A stretch of DNA of 64,000 bases, from assembly GCF_040307845.1 (NCBI RefSeq), contig NZ_JAWRIS010000012.1, positions 11,927 to 75,926 of the forward strand, given 5' to 3'. Shown piece by piece: positions 39,759 through 50,230 of the stretch. The notes below the pieces were generated by a model. The model ran no database searches. It was not told the DNA's origin and saw nothing but the letters and a program-made list of their open reading frames with translations. The DNA comes from Proteiniphilum sp. (GTDB lineage: Bacteria; Bacteroidota; Bacteroidia; Bacteroidales; Dysgonomonadaceae). The stretch's first letter is position 1; every line of letters starts with the position of its first letter. Position numbers and translations under genes: made by a program.

Positions 39759-41114
39759 TTATCGTTCATTCATAGGGACAAAGGGTTGTTTCTCACGTAC
39801 ATTTTTGTATGCAGGACGAATCAGCCGCTTGCTGGCGAAATTCATCTCTTCGATCCGGTGGGCCGACCAACCTACAATACGTGCCATCGCAAAGAGCGGT
39901 GTAAACACTTCCGGCGGTAATCCGATAGCGTCGTATACAAATCCTGAATAGAAGTCCACGTTGATACAAGTCCGTGCTTTGGCCGTACTCTTTTTGAAGC
40001 CGAGGAATACTTCCACAGCACGTTCCTCTATCAATTCCATAAAGGCGAACTCCTCTCCACGGCCTTTTTCTTTTGCCAGGTCACTTGCCATCTCTTTCAA
40101 TAATATGGCACGGGGATCGCTGATTGTATATACCGCATGCCCGATACCATAGATAAGGCCGGTACGGTCGTACACTTCTTTTCTCAATATTCTGTTCAGA
40201 TAATCGTCCACCTGTTGCTGGCTCGTCCAATCCTTTACATTTTGCTTCATGTCATCCAGCATACCCTGCACCTTGATATTGGCTCCTCCATGGAGAGGAC
40301 CTTTCAAGGAACCGATACCCGCAGCAATAGCAGAATAGGTATCAGTCTCTGTAGAGCTGGTAACACGCACCGAGAAAGTGGAGTTATTTCCTCCACCGTG
40401 CTCGGCATGGAGGATCAACGCCAAATCGAGAATTTTCACATCGAGTTCGGTATAGTTGTTGTGCCCCTTCATCATGAAAAGGAAGTTTTCAGCCACCGAC
40501 CGGTCTTCATAAGGATGCCGGATATGCAATGAACGCCCCATCTGGTCATGCCGCAGCACTTGATAAGCATAGGCTATGATGGTAGGGAATTTGGCAATCA
40601 GGTTGATGGATTGTTTGATGAGATTTTCAGGAGAGATATCATCCGGATTCTCATCGTATGTGTAAAGCTCCAGTACGCTCCTGGCGAGAATATTCATAAT
40701 ATTCCCCCCTTTCAATGCCATAATATTCATTGTCGCCCTATGGTTTAACGACATCGTCTGGGCAATCATTTGCTCCACAGCTTTGAGCTCCTCTTTGTTG
40801 GGTAACCGGCCCGAAAGAAGGAGGAAAGTAGTTTCCTCGAATCCCAGTCGACTTTCCTGCTGAACTCCTTTAACCAGGTCTTCCACGTCCATTCCCCGAT
40901 AAAAAAGTTTACCCGGGACAGGACTCAAAGTGCCGTCCGGCTGACGCTCATACCCTACGACATCCCCTACACGGGTAAGTCCGGCAAGCACACCCGAATG
41001 GTCTTCATTACGAAGGCCGCGCTTCACCCCCATCTTAGTGAAAAGATCCTTGTCTATATTGCTTGTGAAGGCAACGGAATCCGACAATATTTTCCTCAAT
41101 TGTTCATTATCCAT
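39759..41114 (-). CDS. gltA: Citrate synthase (Bacteroidota type)
   Basis: 451 aa. 'LILHAEHGGGNNSTF', 'GPLHGGAN', 'GIGHAVY..DPR', 'NVDFYSG'. Confidence 0.92.
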   Translation of the reverse strand: MDNEQLRKILSDSVAFTSNIDKDLFTKMGVKRGLRNEDHSGVLAGLTRVGDVVGYERQPDGTLSPVPGKLFYRGMDVEDLVKGVQQESRLGFEETTFLLLSGRLPNKEELKAVEQMIAQTMSLNHRATMNIMALKGGNIMNILARSVLELYTYDENPDDISPENLIKQSINLIAKFPTIIAYAYQVLRHDQMGRSLHIRHPYEDRSVAENFLFMMKGHNNYTELDVKILDLALILHAEHGGGNNSTFSVRVTSSTETDTYSAIAAGIGSLKGPLHGGANIKVQGMLDDMKQNVKDWTSQQQVDDYLNRILRKEVYDRTGLIYGIGHAVYTISDPRAILLKEMASDLAKEKGRGEEFAFMELIEERAVEVFLGFKKSTAKARTCINVDFYSGFVYDAIGLPPEVFTPLFAMARIVGWSAHRIEEMNFASKRLIRPAYKNVREKQPFVPMNER

Positions 41115-41160
41115 AGTGATTCTATTATATTTATTATTCAGTTATTCTTCTAAAGGGTGA

Positions 41161-41186
41161 AAAAGGACTGGTATTCCTGTCTTTTT
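41161..41186 (-). terminator. Weak hairpin followed by T-run between IDH and citrate synthase
   Basis: Minus strand AAAAAGACAGG-AATA-CCAGTCCTTTT; imperfect stem. Confidence 0.35.
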
Positions 41187-41243
41187 AACATCGGCCCCTC
41201 TGTTTTTGTTTACAAAAGCAAACTATTTTTCCTGTCTACCTCC

Positions 41244-42503
41244 TTATAAGTTTTCAACCACCTTACGGGAAAAATCGGATGTTGATAATGGTTTCCCGTT
41301 TTCCATAAACCGTGCCAGATCGGAAGTCGCATAGCCGTTTTCAAAAAGTGTCTCCAAGGCGGTCGTAATGAGATCACCGGCTTCCTGCCATCCCAGATAC
41401 TCCAGCATCATTACTGCTGATAGCAGCAGGGAACAGGGATTTGCCTTGTTTTTCCCTACAATATCGGGAGCGGTGCCATGGGTAGCCTCAAAAATAGCAT
41501 GCCCCGTATAATAGTTGATATTGGCACCGGGGGCAATACCAATGCCTCCTACCATAGCTGCCAACTGGTCGGAGATATAGTCACCGTTCAGGTTAAGGGT
41601 CGCGATCACTGAATATTCTTCCGGCTTAAGGAGCGTATTCTGTAGAAACGCATCGGCAATCACATCCTTGATAAAGACCTTCCCCGACTCAATAGCGTCA
41701 TTATAAGCCTCTACCGCTTTTTCCAGACCTTGTTCTGCTTTTATCCTGTTGAAAATATGTTCTGTAAATGTCTGATCAGGGAACTCCCGCTCAGCAAGGG
41801 CATAACCCCATTTCTTGAAACCTCCCTCGGTAAATTTCATGATGTTCCCCTTATGTACCAGGGTTACGGAAGGTAACCGGTGTTCCAGGGCATATTCAAT
41901 TGCCGCTCTCACCAACCGTTCCGTTCCTTCCACTGAAACGGGTTTTACGCCCAGCGAGGTAGTCTCCGGAAAACGGATTTTCCCTACCCCCATCTCTTCC
42001 TGCAGGAATTTCAATACCTTTTTTAATTCCGGAGTCCCGGCAGCCCACTCGATACCGGCATAGATATCCTCGGTATTTTCGCGGAAAATAGTGACATGCA
42101 CCTTCTCAGGATGCAACAATGGTGTAGCCACACCTTTGAACCATCGCACGGGACGAAGGCAGACATAAAGGTCCAGCTCCTGGCGCAGCGCCACATTCAG
42201 GGAACGTATCCCCTCTCCTACCGGCGTAGTAAGCGGGCCTTTTATTCCTACCAGGCAACGTCGGAAAGTATCCATCGTTTCGTTGGGCAACCAACTTCCT
42301 ACTTCATTATAAGCTTTTTCACCGGCCAGTACTTCTTTCCACTCTATTTTTCGTTTTCCTTCGAATGCCTTGTCAACAGCATTGTCCACAATTTTCTGTA
42401 CATGAAGGGAAATTTCTTTTCCTATCCCGTCACCCTCAATAAAAGGGATAACGGGATGGTCGGGTACCACAAGCCGGTCGTTTTCTCGGGTTATATATTG
42501 CAT
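41244..42503 (-). CDS. icd: Isocitrate dehydrogenase, type I (E. coli-like fold), NAD-type coenzyme signature
   Basis: Likely start at 42503 (MQYITREN...); the ORF-track extension is encoded partly by a heptamer repeat. Motifs 'IEGDGIG', 'KGPLTTPVG', 'RENTEDIY', '[10 protein letters not shown]', '[12 protein letters not shown]'. Confidence 0.92.
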   Translation of the reverse strand: MQYITRENDRLVVPDHPVIPFIEGDGIGKEISLHVQKIVDNAVDKAFEGKRKIEWKEVLAGEKAYNEVGSWLPNETMDTFRRCLVGIKGPLTTPVGEGIRSLNVALRQELDLYVCLRPVRWFKGVATPLLHPEKVHVTIFRENTEDIYAGIEWAAGTPELKKVLKFLQEEMGVGKIRFPETTSLGVKPVSVEGTERLVRAAIEYALEHRLPSVTLVHKGNIMKFTEGGFKKWGYALAEREFPDQTFTEHIFNRIKAEQGLEKAVEAYNDAIESGKVFIKDVIADAFLQNTLLKPEEYSVIATLNLNGDYISDQLAAMVGGIGIAPGANINYYTGHAIFEATHGTAPDIVGKNKANPCSLLLSAVMMLEYLGWQEAGDLITTALETLFENGYATSDLARFMENGKPLSTSDFSRKVVENL

Positions 42504-42520
42504 ACAATTAAAAATTAGAT

Positions 42521-42548
42521 TCAAGAGCCAAGAATCAAGACCCAAGAC
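42521..42548. repeat. Heptamer tandem array TCAAGAG CCAAGAA TCAAGAC CCAAGAC
   Basis: Direct reading, just upstream of the IDH start. Confidence 0.65.
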
Positions 42549-42599
42549 ATTTTAATCATATTCTTGTGTGTGAACTATTCTCATGCTCGTTTTATAATT

Positions 42600-44855
42600 T
42601 TATTGATTCATGGCATTCAGGGCGCTGCCTGCCTTGAACCACTCAATTTGCTGTTGGTTATAGGTATGGGCTACTTCAACTCTATCTTTTGTCCCATCCG
42701 CATGAAGTAGTTCCACGATGAGGTTCCTACCGGGAGTAAAATCCTTTAAGCCCTTCACACTGATCTTATCCCTTTCCTGCACCTTATCATAGTCTTCCTT
42801 GTCGACAAAGGTAAGCGCCAGCATGCCCTGCTTCTTCAGGTTGGTCTCATGAATACGGGCAAACGATTTGACCAGGATCACCTTCACGTTGAGGTGACGC
42901 GGCTCCATGGCGGCATGCTCACGGCTCGAACCTTCCCCATAATTTTCTTCGGCCACAACCACAGAGCCGACTCCTTCAGACTTAAATTTCCGGGCCAGCG
43001 CCGGTACGGGTGAATACTCCATGCTTCCGGGATCAAGTACCGAATTGGTCTCATCATTGAAAGCATTCACCGCGCCAATCAGCATGTTGTCCGAGATATT
43101 GTCGAGATGCCCACGGAAGCGGAGCCATGGTCCGGCCATGGATATATGATCGGTGGTACACTTTCCTTTTACTTTGATAAGTAATGGCAATCCTGCATAG
43201 TCCTCACCATTCCAGGCAGGGAAAGGTTCCAGTTTTTGTAAGCGGTTCGAATTGGGATCGATAGATACCTGCACGTTGCTCCCATCCCGGGAAGGTGCCA
43301 GATATCCCGCATCTTTCACATCATATCCTCCGGGCGGCATTTCGAAACCGGTCGGTTCAACCAACTTCACCCACTCCCCTCTTTCATTTTGAAGGGTGTC
43401 GGTCAACGGGTTGAAACAGAGGTCACCGGCAATGGTCAACGCCGCCACTAATTCGGGGGATGTCACAAATGCATGGGTATTGGGATTACCGTCATTCCGT
43501 TTTGCAAAATTACGGTTAAACGAAGTTACGATGGAATTGGGACGGTCCTTTACCTCATCTTCCCGCTTCCACTGACCAATACAGGGACCGCAGGCATTGG
43601 CTATAATGGTGGCACCCGCCTCTTCGAAGACTTCCAGTATACCGTCACGCTCAGCCGTGTACCGGATCTGCTCCGAACCGGGATTGATCAGGAACTGTGC
43701 TTTCACGGGCACATCATCATTACGCGCCTGTTTCACTATGGAAACCGCCCGGGTAAGATCTTCATACGATGAATTGGTACAGGAGCCAATCAATCCCACT
43801 TCCATCCTTTGCGGATAGTTATTCTCTTTCACAGCTCTGCCGAATTCCGAAATAGTATATGCCGCATCGGGAGTAAACGGTCCGTTGATGTGCGGCTCCA
43901 GAAGAGAAAGATCTATTTCTATCAACTGGTCATAATATTTTAGGGGGTCCGCAACCACCTCGGGATCGGGCTGCAGATACTCCATCACCCTACGGGCTTC
44001 GTCGGCCACCTCTTTTCTTCCGGTACCTTCCAGATAGGCGGCCGATTTTTCGTCGAACGGGAAGATCGAAGTGGTAGCTCCCACTTCGGCACCCATATTA
44101 CAAATGGTTCCCTTCCCCGTGGCAGAGAGCGATTCAGCTCCCTCGCCAAAATATTCGATAATGGCATTGGTTCCCCCTTTCACGGTAAGAATACCCGCCA
44201 CTTTTAGTATCACATCCTTAGGTGCCGTCCATCCCGACAGCTTCCCGGTCAGTTTCACACCGATCAGTTTCGGCATTTTCAATTCCCATGGCAAACCGGC
44301 CATCACATCCACTGCATCGGCACCACCCACACCAATGGCTATCATACCCAGCCCTCCTGCGTTGGGTGTATGCGAGTCGGTACCCACCATCATTCCACCG
44401 GGAAAAGCGTAATTCTCAAATACTACCTGGTGAATGATTCCCGCACCCGGTTTCCAGAAGCCGATCCCATATTTATTAGAGACATCGCGGAGGAAATCAT
44501 AGACTTCCCTATTGGTCATATTGGCTGTCTCGAGGTCAGTTTCAGCATTCTTATATGCCTGGATCAAATGGTCGCAATGGACAGTAGAAGGTACCGCCGC
44601 ACTGGTACGCCCCGAATTCATCAATTGAAGCAGTGCCATCTGCGCGGTAGCATCCTGCATCGCCACCCGGTCAGGGGCAAAGTCCACATAATCGGTGGCA
44701 CGTTGATAATTTTTTACCGGAACCCCGGGCCAAAGATGGGAGAAAAGTATCTTTTCTGTCAAAGTCAAAGGACGTTGTAAAACCTCTTTTGCATGCCGGA
44801 TCTTTTCAGGAAGATGATCATACACCTTTCGAATCATGTCAATATCAAAAACCAT
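42600..44855 (-). CDS. Aconitate hydratase (mitochondrial-type)
   Basis: 751 aa. '[13 protein letters not shown]', 'HCDHLI', 'GTDSHT', 'IGSCTNSSY', 'NACGPCIG', '[12 protein letters not shown]'. Confidence 0.96.
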   Translation of the reverse strand: MVFDIDMIRKVYDHLPEKIRHAKEVLQRPLTLTEKILFSHLWPGVPVKNYQRATDYVDFAPDRVAMQDATAQMALLQLMNSGRTSAAVPSTVHCDHLIQAYKNAETDLETANMTNREVYDFLRDVSNKYGIGFWKPGAGIIHQVVFENYAFPGGMMVGTDSHTPNAGGLGMIAIGVGGADAVDVMAGLPWELKMPKLIGVKLTGKLSGWTAPKDVILKVAGILTVKGGTNAIIEYFGEGAESLSATGKGTICNMGAEVGATTSIFPFDEKSAAYLEGTGRKEVADEARRVMEYLQPDPEVVADPLKYYDQLIEIDLSLLEPHINGPFTPDAAYTISEFGRAVKENNYPQRMEVGLIGSCTNSSYEDLTRAVSIVKQARNDDVPVKAQFLINPGSEQIRYTAERDGILEVFEEAGATIIANACGPCIGQWKREDEVKDRPNSIVTSFNRNFAKRNDGNPNTHAFVTSPELVAALTIAGDLCFNPLTDTLQNERGEWVKLVEPTGFEMPPGGYDVKDAGYLAPSRDGSNVQVSIDPNSNRLQKLEPFPAWNGEDYAGLPLLIKVKGKCTTDHISMAGPWLRFRGHLDNISDNMLIGAVNAFNDETNSVLDPGSMEYSPVPALARKFKSEGVGSVVVAEENYGEGSSREHAAMEPRHLNVKVILVKSFARIHETNLKKQGMLALTFVDKEDYDKVQERDKISVKGLKDFTPGRNLIVELLHADGTKDRVEVAHTYNQQQIEWFKAGSALNAMNQ

Positions 44856-45113
44856 AAGGAATGCGTATTAAATATATTGTTTTTTTAAATTCAATTTAAC
44901 TGCTATGCACCGCCATTCAACTTTTTAACACGTACCATTCCGTAAATGTTCGGCTAATTCAGAGAAAGTTATCGCGGTTATACCATAGATAAAATCTATA
45001 CCTCGAGGTGAGGCATCAAGATGAAAAATTGAATGCTGAATACTTTAACCGCTTATTAACGTTTAAGACATGAGTAAGTTCAAAAAAACTTTTCCTTATC
45101 TGGAAAATAATCT

Positions 45114-45121
45114 TAACTTTG
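45114..45121 (+). promoter_or_regulatory. -7 promoter box (TAACTTTG) for rseC-rnf
   Basis: Exact TAnnTTTG 45 bp upstream of the ATG at 45167. Confidence 0.65.
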
Positions 45122-45166
45122 TCCTCAAATTGGATGTAAGAGAAAAGGACATTTTACCATTGTTTC

Positions 45167-45586
45167 ATGATCGAACACGAAGGAATTATTGAGAAAATCA
45201 ACGACCATCAAGTGACCGTACGTATCCTACAACAATCGGCTTGCAGTGCGTGTCATGCCAAAGGTGTCTGCATGGCCGCAGACTCGAAAGAGAAGTTGGT
45301 CGAGGTAGTCGACTTTTCCGGCCGGTTTCGCAAAAACGAACGGGTCATCATCGAGGGGAAAGAGTCGATGGGCCACAAGGCTGTTTTCTGGGCGTTTGTT
45401 CTTCCGCTGATTATACTCATCTTAACGCTTATTCTCTCCCTATCGTTGTGGAACTTCAGTGAAATTGAAGCAGCGATAAGTGCCATGGTTGCTCTTATCC
45501 CCTATTATTTGATCCTTTATCTCCTGAGAAAAAAAATGGCAAACTCGTTTCAATTCACTATAAAAAAGTGGGAAATCTGCGAGTAA
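45167..45586 (+). CDS. rseC: RseC/MucC family protein
   Basis: 139 aa. 'MIEHEGII', 'SACSACHAKGVC', two TM helices; leads the rnf operon as is usual in Bacteroidales. Confidence 0.85.
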   Translation: MIEHEGIIEKINDHQVTVRILQQSACSACHAKGVCMAADSKEKLVEVVDFSGRFRKNERVIIEGKESMGHKAVFWAFVLPLIILILTLILSLSLWNFSEIEAAISAMVALIPYYLILYLLRKKMANSFQFTIKKWEICE

Positions 45587-45642
45587 GTGAGGGCAAAGTA
45601 AGTTTACTTAAATTTGCCGAGCGATAGCAGATTGCGCGAAGC

Positions 45643-45698
45643 GAAAGGTGGAATGGTGAAAAGGTGAAATGGTGGAAAGGTGAAAAAGTGGAATGGGA
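45643..45698. repeat. Octamer tandem array (RAAWRGTG-like) x7
   Basis: GAAAGGTG GAATGGTG AAAAGGTG AAATGGTG GAAAGGTG AAAAAGTG GAATGGGA. Confidence 0.85.
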
Positions 45699-45717
45699 GA
45701 CTTTCAATCCCCAATTT

Positions 45718-45794
45718 TTAGTTCTTAGTTCTTAGTTTTTAGTTTTTAGTTTTTAGTTCTTAGTTTTTAGTTCTTAGTTTTTAGTTCTTAGTTT
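45718..45794. repeat. Heptamer tandem array (TTAGTTY) x11
   Basis: Eleven consecutive TTAGTTC/TTAGTTT units ending 6 nt before the rnfB ATG. Confidence 0.95.
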
Positions 45795-45800
45795 AAAATT

Positions 45801-46664
45801 ATGAGTGTATTACTTACTGCCGTTGTAACATTAGGTGTAATTGGCGCCGGTAGCGCAGCCATATTATACCTGATAGGGCAAAAATTCAAGGTGGATGAAG
45901 ATCCTCGCATACAGGAGGTTCAGGATGCCTTACCCGCAGCCAACTGTGGAGGCTGTGGATTTCCCGGATGCGCAGCATTCGCATCGGCCTGCGTAAAAGC
46001 AGAAACATTAGACGGTCTCAACTGTCCCGTAGGAGGCCAGCCCACTATGGACAAAGTAGCCGCGATTCTGGGGCAAACCGCTCCGGTGGCTGTAAAAAAG
46101 ATAGCTGTGGTACGTTGTAGCGGAACCTGTGAGCATCGTCCCCGTACCAACCTCTATGATGGTATATCGAACTGTACTATCGCCGCAGCGCTTTATGGAG
46201 GCGACACCGGATGTTCTTTCGGCTGCCTGGGTCTGGGCGACTGTGTGGAATCCTGCACTTTCGACGCCATCCATATCAACCCGGAGACCATGCTTCCCGA
46301 AGTGGTGGAAGACAAATGTACCGCCTGTGGTGCTTGTGTGAAAGCCTGCCCGAAAGATATTATCGAATTGCGTAAGCAAGGTCCCAAATCACGAAGGATC
46401 TATGTCAGTTGTGTGAATGAAGAAAAAGGCGGCGTAGCCAGAAAGTCGTGCGAAGTGGCATGTATCGGGTGTAGCAAATGCCAGCAGGTTTGTCCTTTCG
46501 AAGCCATCACTATTACCAATAACCTGGCTTATATTATTGACGACAAGTGCAGATTGTGCCGTAAATGCGTGCCGGTCTGCCCCACCAACTCTATTCTGGA
46601 ATTGAATTTTCCGCCACGGAAAGACAAATCACCCAAAGAGGAAGCAGCTACAGTTGACGCATAA
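45801..46664 (+). CDS. rnfB: Rnf complex subunit B (Fe-S)
   Basis: 287 aa. 'LPAANCGGCGFPGC', multiple CxxCxxCxxxCP ferredoxin motifs. Confidence 0.93.
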   Translation: MSVLLTAVVTLGVIGAGSAAILYLIGQKFKVDEDPRIQEVQDALPAANCGGCGFPGCAAFASACVKAETLDGLNCPVGGQPTMDKVAAILGQTAPVAVKKIAVVRCSGTCEHRPRTNLYDGISNCTIAAALYGGDTGCSFGCLGLGDCVESCTFDAIHINPETMLPEVVEDKCTACGACVKACPKDIIELRKQGPKSRRIYVSCVNEEKGGVARKSCEVACIGCSKCQQVCPFEAITITNNLAYIIDDKCRLCRKCVPVCPTNSILELNFPPRKDKSPKEEAATVDA

Positions 46665-46681
46665 GATTAAGAATACTATAT

Positions 46682-48019
46682 ATGTTAAAAACTTTCAGAA
46701 TTGGCGGTATTCACCCTAAAGATAAGAAGGTCTCTGCCGGAAACGCAATACAACCCATTGCTATTCCCAATCAGGTGATCATTCCGTTGGGACAACACAT
46801 CGGCGCACCCTGCCAGCCCGTGATAAAGAAAGGCGACACCGTAAAGGTGGGGACCCTTATCGGCAAGACCGTAGGATTCGTTTCAGCCAATATCCACTCA
46901 TCCGTGTCGGGGACCGTGTTAAAAATCGACAAAGCAGTGGATGCAAGTGGATACAGGCGTGATGCCGTGTTCATCAAAGTGGAGGGTGATGAGTGGGAAG
47001 AATCGGTCGACCGCTCATCCGATCTAAAAAAAGAGTGTAACCTCTCATCCAAAGAGATTCTCGACAAGATCGCCGCTGCCGGCATTGTCGGTATGGGTGG
47101 AGCGACATTTCCTACCCACGTGAAACTTACCCCTCCCCCGGGTTCAAAACCGGAGATACTGATCATCAACGGCGTGGAGTGTGAGCCTTGGCTTACTTCC
47201 GACCACCGTGTAATGATGGAGAAAACGGAAGAGATCATGGTGGGCATCACCATCGTGATGAAAGCATTGAATGTAGACAAAGCCATCATCGGTATTGAGA
47301 ACAACAAGAAAGATGCTATCGAAAAATTCGGGAGAAGTGCGGGAAATTATCCCGGCATCACCGTGGAAGCCCTGAAAGTACAATATCCGCAAGGGGGGGA
47401 GAAACAACTGATCGATGCCCTGACCGGCCGGCAGGTACCAAGCGGCGCCCTGCCTATCTCTGTAGGCGCAGTGGTACAAAACGTGGGAACCATACTCGCT
47501 ATCTACGAGGCGGTACAAAAAAATAAACCATTGATAGAAAGGGTAGTGACCGTTACTGGAAAAGATGTAAAACAACCCTGCAACATCCTCTCACGGGTAG
47601 GTATTCCGATAGGCAACCTGATCGACGCCGCCGGAGGGCTCCCGGAAACCACCGGCAAGATCGTCAGTGGCGGGCCCATGATGGGAAAAGCGCTGGCAAG
47701 CACCGATGTGCCGGTAACCAAAGGAACCTCGGGTATATTGGTCATTCCTACCTTGGAAGCCAAACGGAAAGCGATGAAGGATTGTATCCGTTGCGCCAAA
47801 TGTGTAAGTATCTGTCCGATGGGACTGAATCCCACTCTGTTAATGAACCTGACAGAATTTGAAGTATGGGACGGAGCGGAAAAACAGCGCATTACCGATT
47901 GTATTGAATGCGGTTCATGCAGTTATACATGTCCCGCAGACCGGCCATTGCTCGATTATATAAGGTTGGGCAAAGGTAGAGTGAACTCAATTATCAGGAC
48001 ACGAAAAACTAACGCTTAG
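46682..48019 (+). CDS. rnfC: Rnf complex subunit C
   Basis: 445 aa. 'QHIGAP', 'GIVGMGGATFPTHVK', 'NGVECEP', 'YPQGGEKQLI', 'CIRCAKCVSICP', 'CIECGSCSYTCP'. Confidence 0.95.
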   Translation: MLKTFRIGGIHPKDKKVSAGNAIQPIAIPNQVIIPLGQHIGAPCQPVIKKGDTVKVGTLIGKTVGFVSANIHSSVSGTVLKIDKAVDASGYRRDAVFIKVEGDEWEESVDRSSDLKKECNLSSKEILDKIAAAGIVGMGGATFPTHVKLTPPPGSKPEILIINGVECEPWLTSDHRVMMEKTEEIMVGITIVMKALNVDKAIIGIENNKKDAIEKFGRSAGNYPGITVEALKVQYPQGGEKQLIDALTGRQVPSGALPISVGAVVQNVGTILAIYEAVQKNKPLIERVVTVTGKDVKQPCNILSRVGIPIGNLIDAAGGLPETTGKIVSGGPMMGKALASTDVPVTKGTSGILVIPTLEAKRKAMKDCIRCAKCVSICPMGLNPTLLMNLTEFEVWDGAEKQRITDCIECGSCSYTCPADRPLLDYIRLGKGRVNSIIRTRKTNA

Positions 48020-48032
48020 ATTAACTTTAGAT

Positions 48033-48998
48033 ATGGAAAACAAACTGGTTGTCTCCCCTTCACCCCATATTCATAGCGGGGACACGATTGAAAAAAATAT
48101 GTACGGGGTGCTTATCGCTCTTATTCCGGCGTTTCTGGTCGCATTATATGTCTTCCGGCTCGACGCGCTGATCATTACCGCCCTGGCAGTACTCTTTTGC
48201 GTGGGATTTGAATATCTCATCGTAAAGTATGTTATGAAAAAGACACCGACTGTATCTGACGGGTCAGCCATCATTACCGGTGTTTTACTGGCGTTCAACG
48301 TCCCATCTAACCTGCCCGTATGGATACTGGCATTGGGATGCCTGTTCGCCATCGGTGTGGTAAAACTCTCTTTCGGAGGGTTGGGAAATAATATCTTTAA
48401 TCCCGCTATTGCAGGACGTATATTCCTGTTGATCTCGTTCCCGGCACAGATGACCGTATGGCCGGCACCTGAAACCGCTGCCACCATTGATGCTGTCACC
48501 TCGGCGACCGTTTTGGGTAACCTGAAAGCGACTCCGGAACTGCTACCCTCTCTGCAAACCATGTTCCTGGGTACCGAAGCCGGTTCCTTGGGTGAGATGA
48601 GCGCACTGGCTTTGCTTCTTGGCTTAGGCTGGTTGCTCTGGAAGAAAGTCATCACATGGCATATTCCCGTATCCATCATGGCTACAGTAGCCATTTTCAC
48701 AGGGATATTGTATATTTTTAACCCTATCCCGCTCTATAACCCGTTGATCCACCTTTTCTCGGGAGGATTGATGCTGGGAGCCATCTTCATGGCCACCGAC
48801 TATGTAACGTCGCCCATGACAAAAAAGGGAATGCTTATTTACGGTGCCGGCATTGGCTTTATCACAGTGGCCATCCGCCTCTGGGGAGCCTATCCCGAGG
48901 GAGTTTCGTTCGCTATCCTGCTGATGAATGCCCTAACGCCGCTGATCAACAATTATACAACACCTAAACGATTCGGGGAGGTAGTGAAACATGGCTAA
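48033..48998 (+). CDS. rnfD: Rnf complex subunit D
   Basis: 321 aa. 'SPSPHI', 'FGGLGNNIFNPA', 'DAVTSAT' (FMN-Thr), 'GSLGE', 'FMATDYVTSP'. Confidence 0.95.
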   Translation: MENKLVVSPSPHIHSGDTIEKNMYGVLIALIPAFLVALYVFRLDALIITALAVLFCVGFEYLIVKYVMKKTPTVSDGSAIITGVLLAFNVPSNLPVWILALGCLFAIGVVKLSFGGLGNNIFNPAIAGRIFLLISFPAQMTVWPAPETAATIDAVTSATVLGNLKATPELLPSLQTMFLGTEAGSLGEMSALALLLGLGWLLWKKVITWHIPVSIMATVAIFTGILYIFNPIPLYNPLIHLFSGGLMLGAIFMATDYVTSPMTKKGMLIYGAGIGFITVAIRLWGAYPEGVSFAILLMNALTPLINNYTTPKRFGEVVKHG

Positions 48999-49626
48999 AT
49001 TAGAATCATCATTTAAAAATATGTTCCTGTCGCTGTCGCTGATCTGTCTTACGGTAGCCGTACTGCTGGCACAGGTAAACAAAATGACGGCAAAACCGAT
49101 CGCGGACGCCAAAGCGATGAAACTGCAGAACGCCATCAGCGAAGTGGTGCCGGAATTCGATAACGACCCAACCTCCGAGGCATTCCTGATGCCGGCCGGA
49201 CAAGGTGACTCACTGTTGGTTTACCCGGCAAAGAAAGGAGACCAGATTGTGGGATACGCACTCAACACTTACTCCAATAACGGGTTCAGCGGTAACATCC
49301 AGGTCATGGTAGGTTTCGACATGGAACATAAGATCGTAAATTATTCGGTACTGTCGCATGCTGAGACACCGGGATTGGGATCAAAGATGTCGGAGTGGTT
49401 CAGGGACGTGGCTAAACCGTCGCAATCCGTCATCGGAAGAGATCTGTCTAAAGGCGCACTGTCCGTTTCGAAAGACGGCGGAGATGTGGATGCCATTACC
49501 GCGTCGACCATCACTTCAAGGGCATTCCTCGAAGCGGTCAACAGAGCTTACACCGCTTATCTGGAAAGTAAAAATAATATCGAACAAGATACAACATCGC
49601 AGGAAGGAGGGAACAACAATGAATAA
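48991..49626 (+). CDS. rnfG: Rnf complex subunit G
   Basis: 211 aa. 'HAETPGLG', 'VDAITASTITS' (FMN-Thr). Confidence 0.94.
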   Translation: MAKLESSFKNMFLSLSLICLTVAVLLAQVNKMTAKPIADAKAMKLQNAISEVVPEFDNDPTSEAFLMPAGQGDSLLVYPAKKGDQIVGYALNTYSNNGFSGNIQVMVGFDMEHKIVNYSVLSHAETPGLGSKMSEWFRDVAKPSQSVIGRDLSKGALSVSKDGGDVDAITASTITSRAFLEAVNRAYTAYLESKNNIEQDTTSQEGGNNNE

Positions 49627-50218
49627 TAATCTCAAAGTGCTGGTTAACGGCATCATTAAAGAAAATCCCATTTTCGTATTGTTGCTGGGCATGTGTCCTA
49701 CCCTGGCAACCACCAGTTCGGCCATTAACGGGATGAGCATGGGATTGGCCACCATGTTTGTGTTGGTCTGCTCCAATGCCGCCATCTCGATGTTGAAAAA
49801 CGTGATTCCTGATATGGTGCGTATTCCTGCTTATATTGTGGTAATCGCCACTTTCGTGACGATCATCGAGATGTTCATGAACGCATACGTGCCGGCATTG
49901 GCAGACAGCCTGGGTATATTTATCCCGCTCATCGTGGTAAACTGTATCGTACTGGGACGTGCAGAGTCGTTCGCCTCTAAGAACGGCGTGATTTCATCCA
50001 TCTTCGACGGAATTGGTATCGGACTGGGATTTACTTTCGCCCTCTCGCTTTTGGGTGCGGTACGTGAATTACTGGGTACCGGAAAAATATTTTCATTGAA
50101 TATCTATCCGGAACAATTCGGCTCTTTGATATTTGTACTGGCGCCGGGGGCTTTCATCGTATTGGGATTCCTGATCGCCATCTTCAATAAACTGCAAAAG
50201 AAAGAAGCAAACAATTAA
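49619..50218 (+). CDS. rnfE: Rnf complex subunit E
   Basis: True start at 49619 (MNNNLKV...ENPIFVLLLGMCP); 'FIPLIVVNC', 'LAPGAFI'. The ORF track's 49358 start is an over-extension inside rnfG. Confidence 0.93.
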   Translation: MNNNLKVLVNGIIKENPIFVLLLGMCPTLATTSSAINGMSMGLATMFVLVCSNAAISMLKNVIPDMVRIPAYIVVIATFVTIIEMFMNAYVPALADSLGIFIPLIVVNCIVLGRAESFASKNGVISSIFDGIGIGLGFTFALSLLGAVRELLGTGKIFSLNIYPEQFGSLIFVLAPGAFIVLGFLIAIFNKLQKKEANN

Positions 50219-50230
50219 CCCTCAAGCATT

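Noticed and set aside
44856-45113. Leader peptide or riboswitch upstream of aconitase
   Set aside because: Only very short ORFs (up to 11 codons) without informative composition; no recognisable aptamer or strong alternative stems.
45718-45794. TTAGTT repeats as telomere-like or eukaryotic contamination
   Set aside because: The unit is a 7-mer embedded in an intact bacterial rseC-rnf operon, and similar 7/8-mer arrays occur in other spacers.
49358-49618. Apparent N-terminal extension of RnfE
   Set aside because: Overlaps rnfG in another frame; the recognisable RnfE starts at 49619. No fusion or frameshift needs to be invoked.
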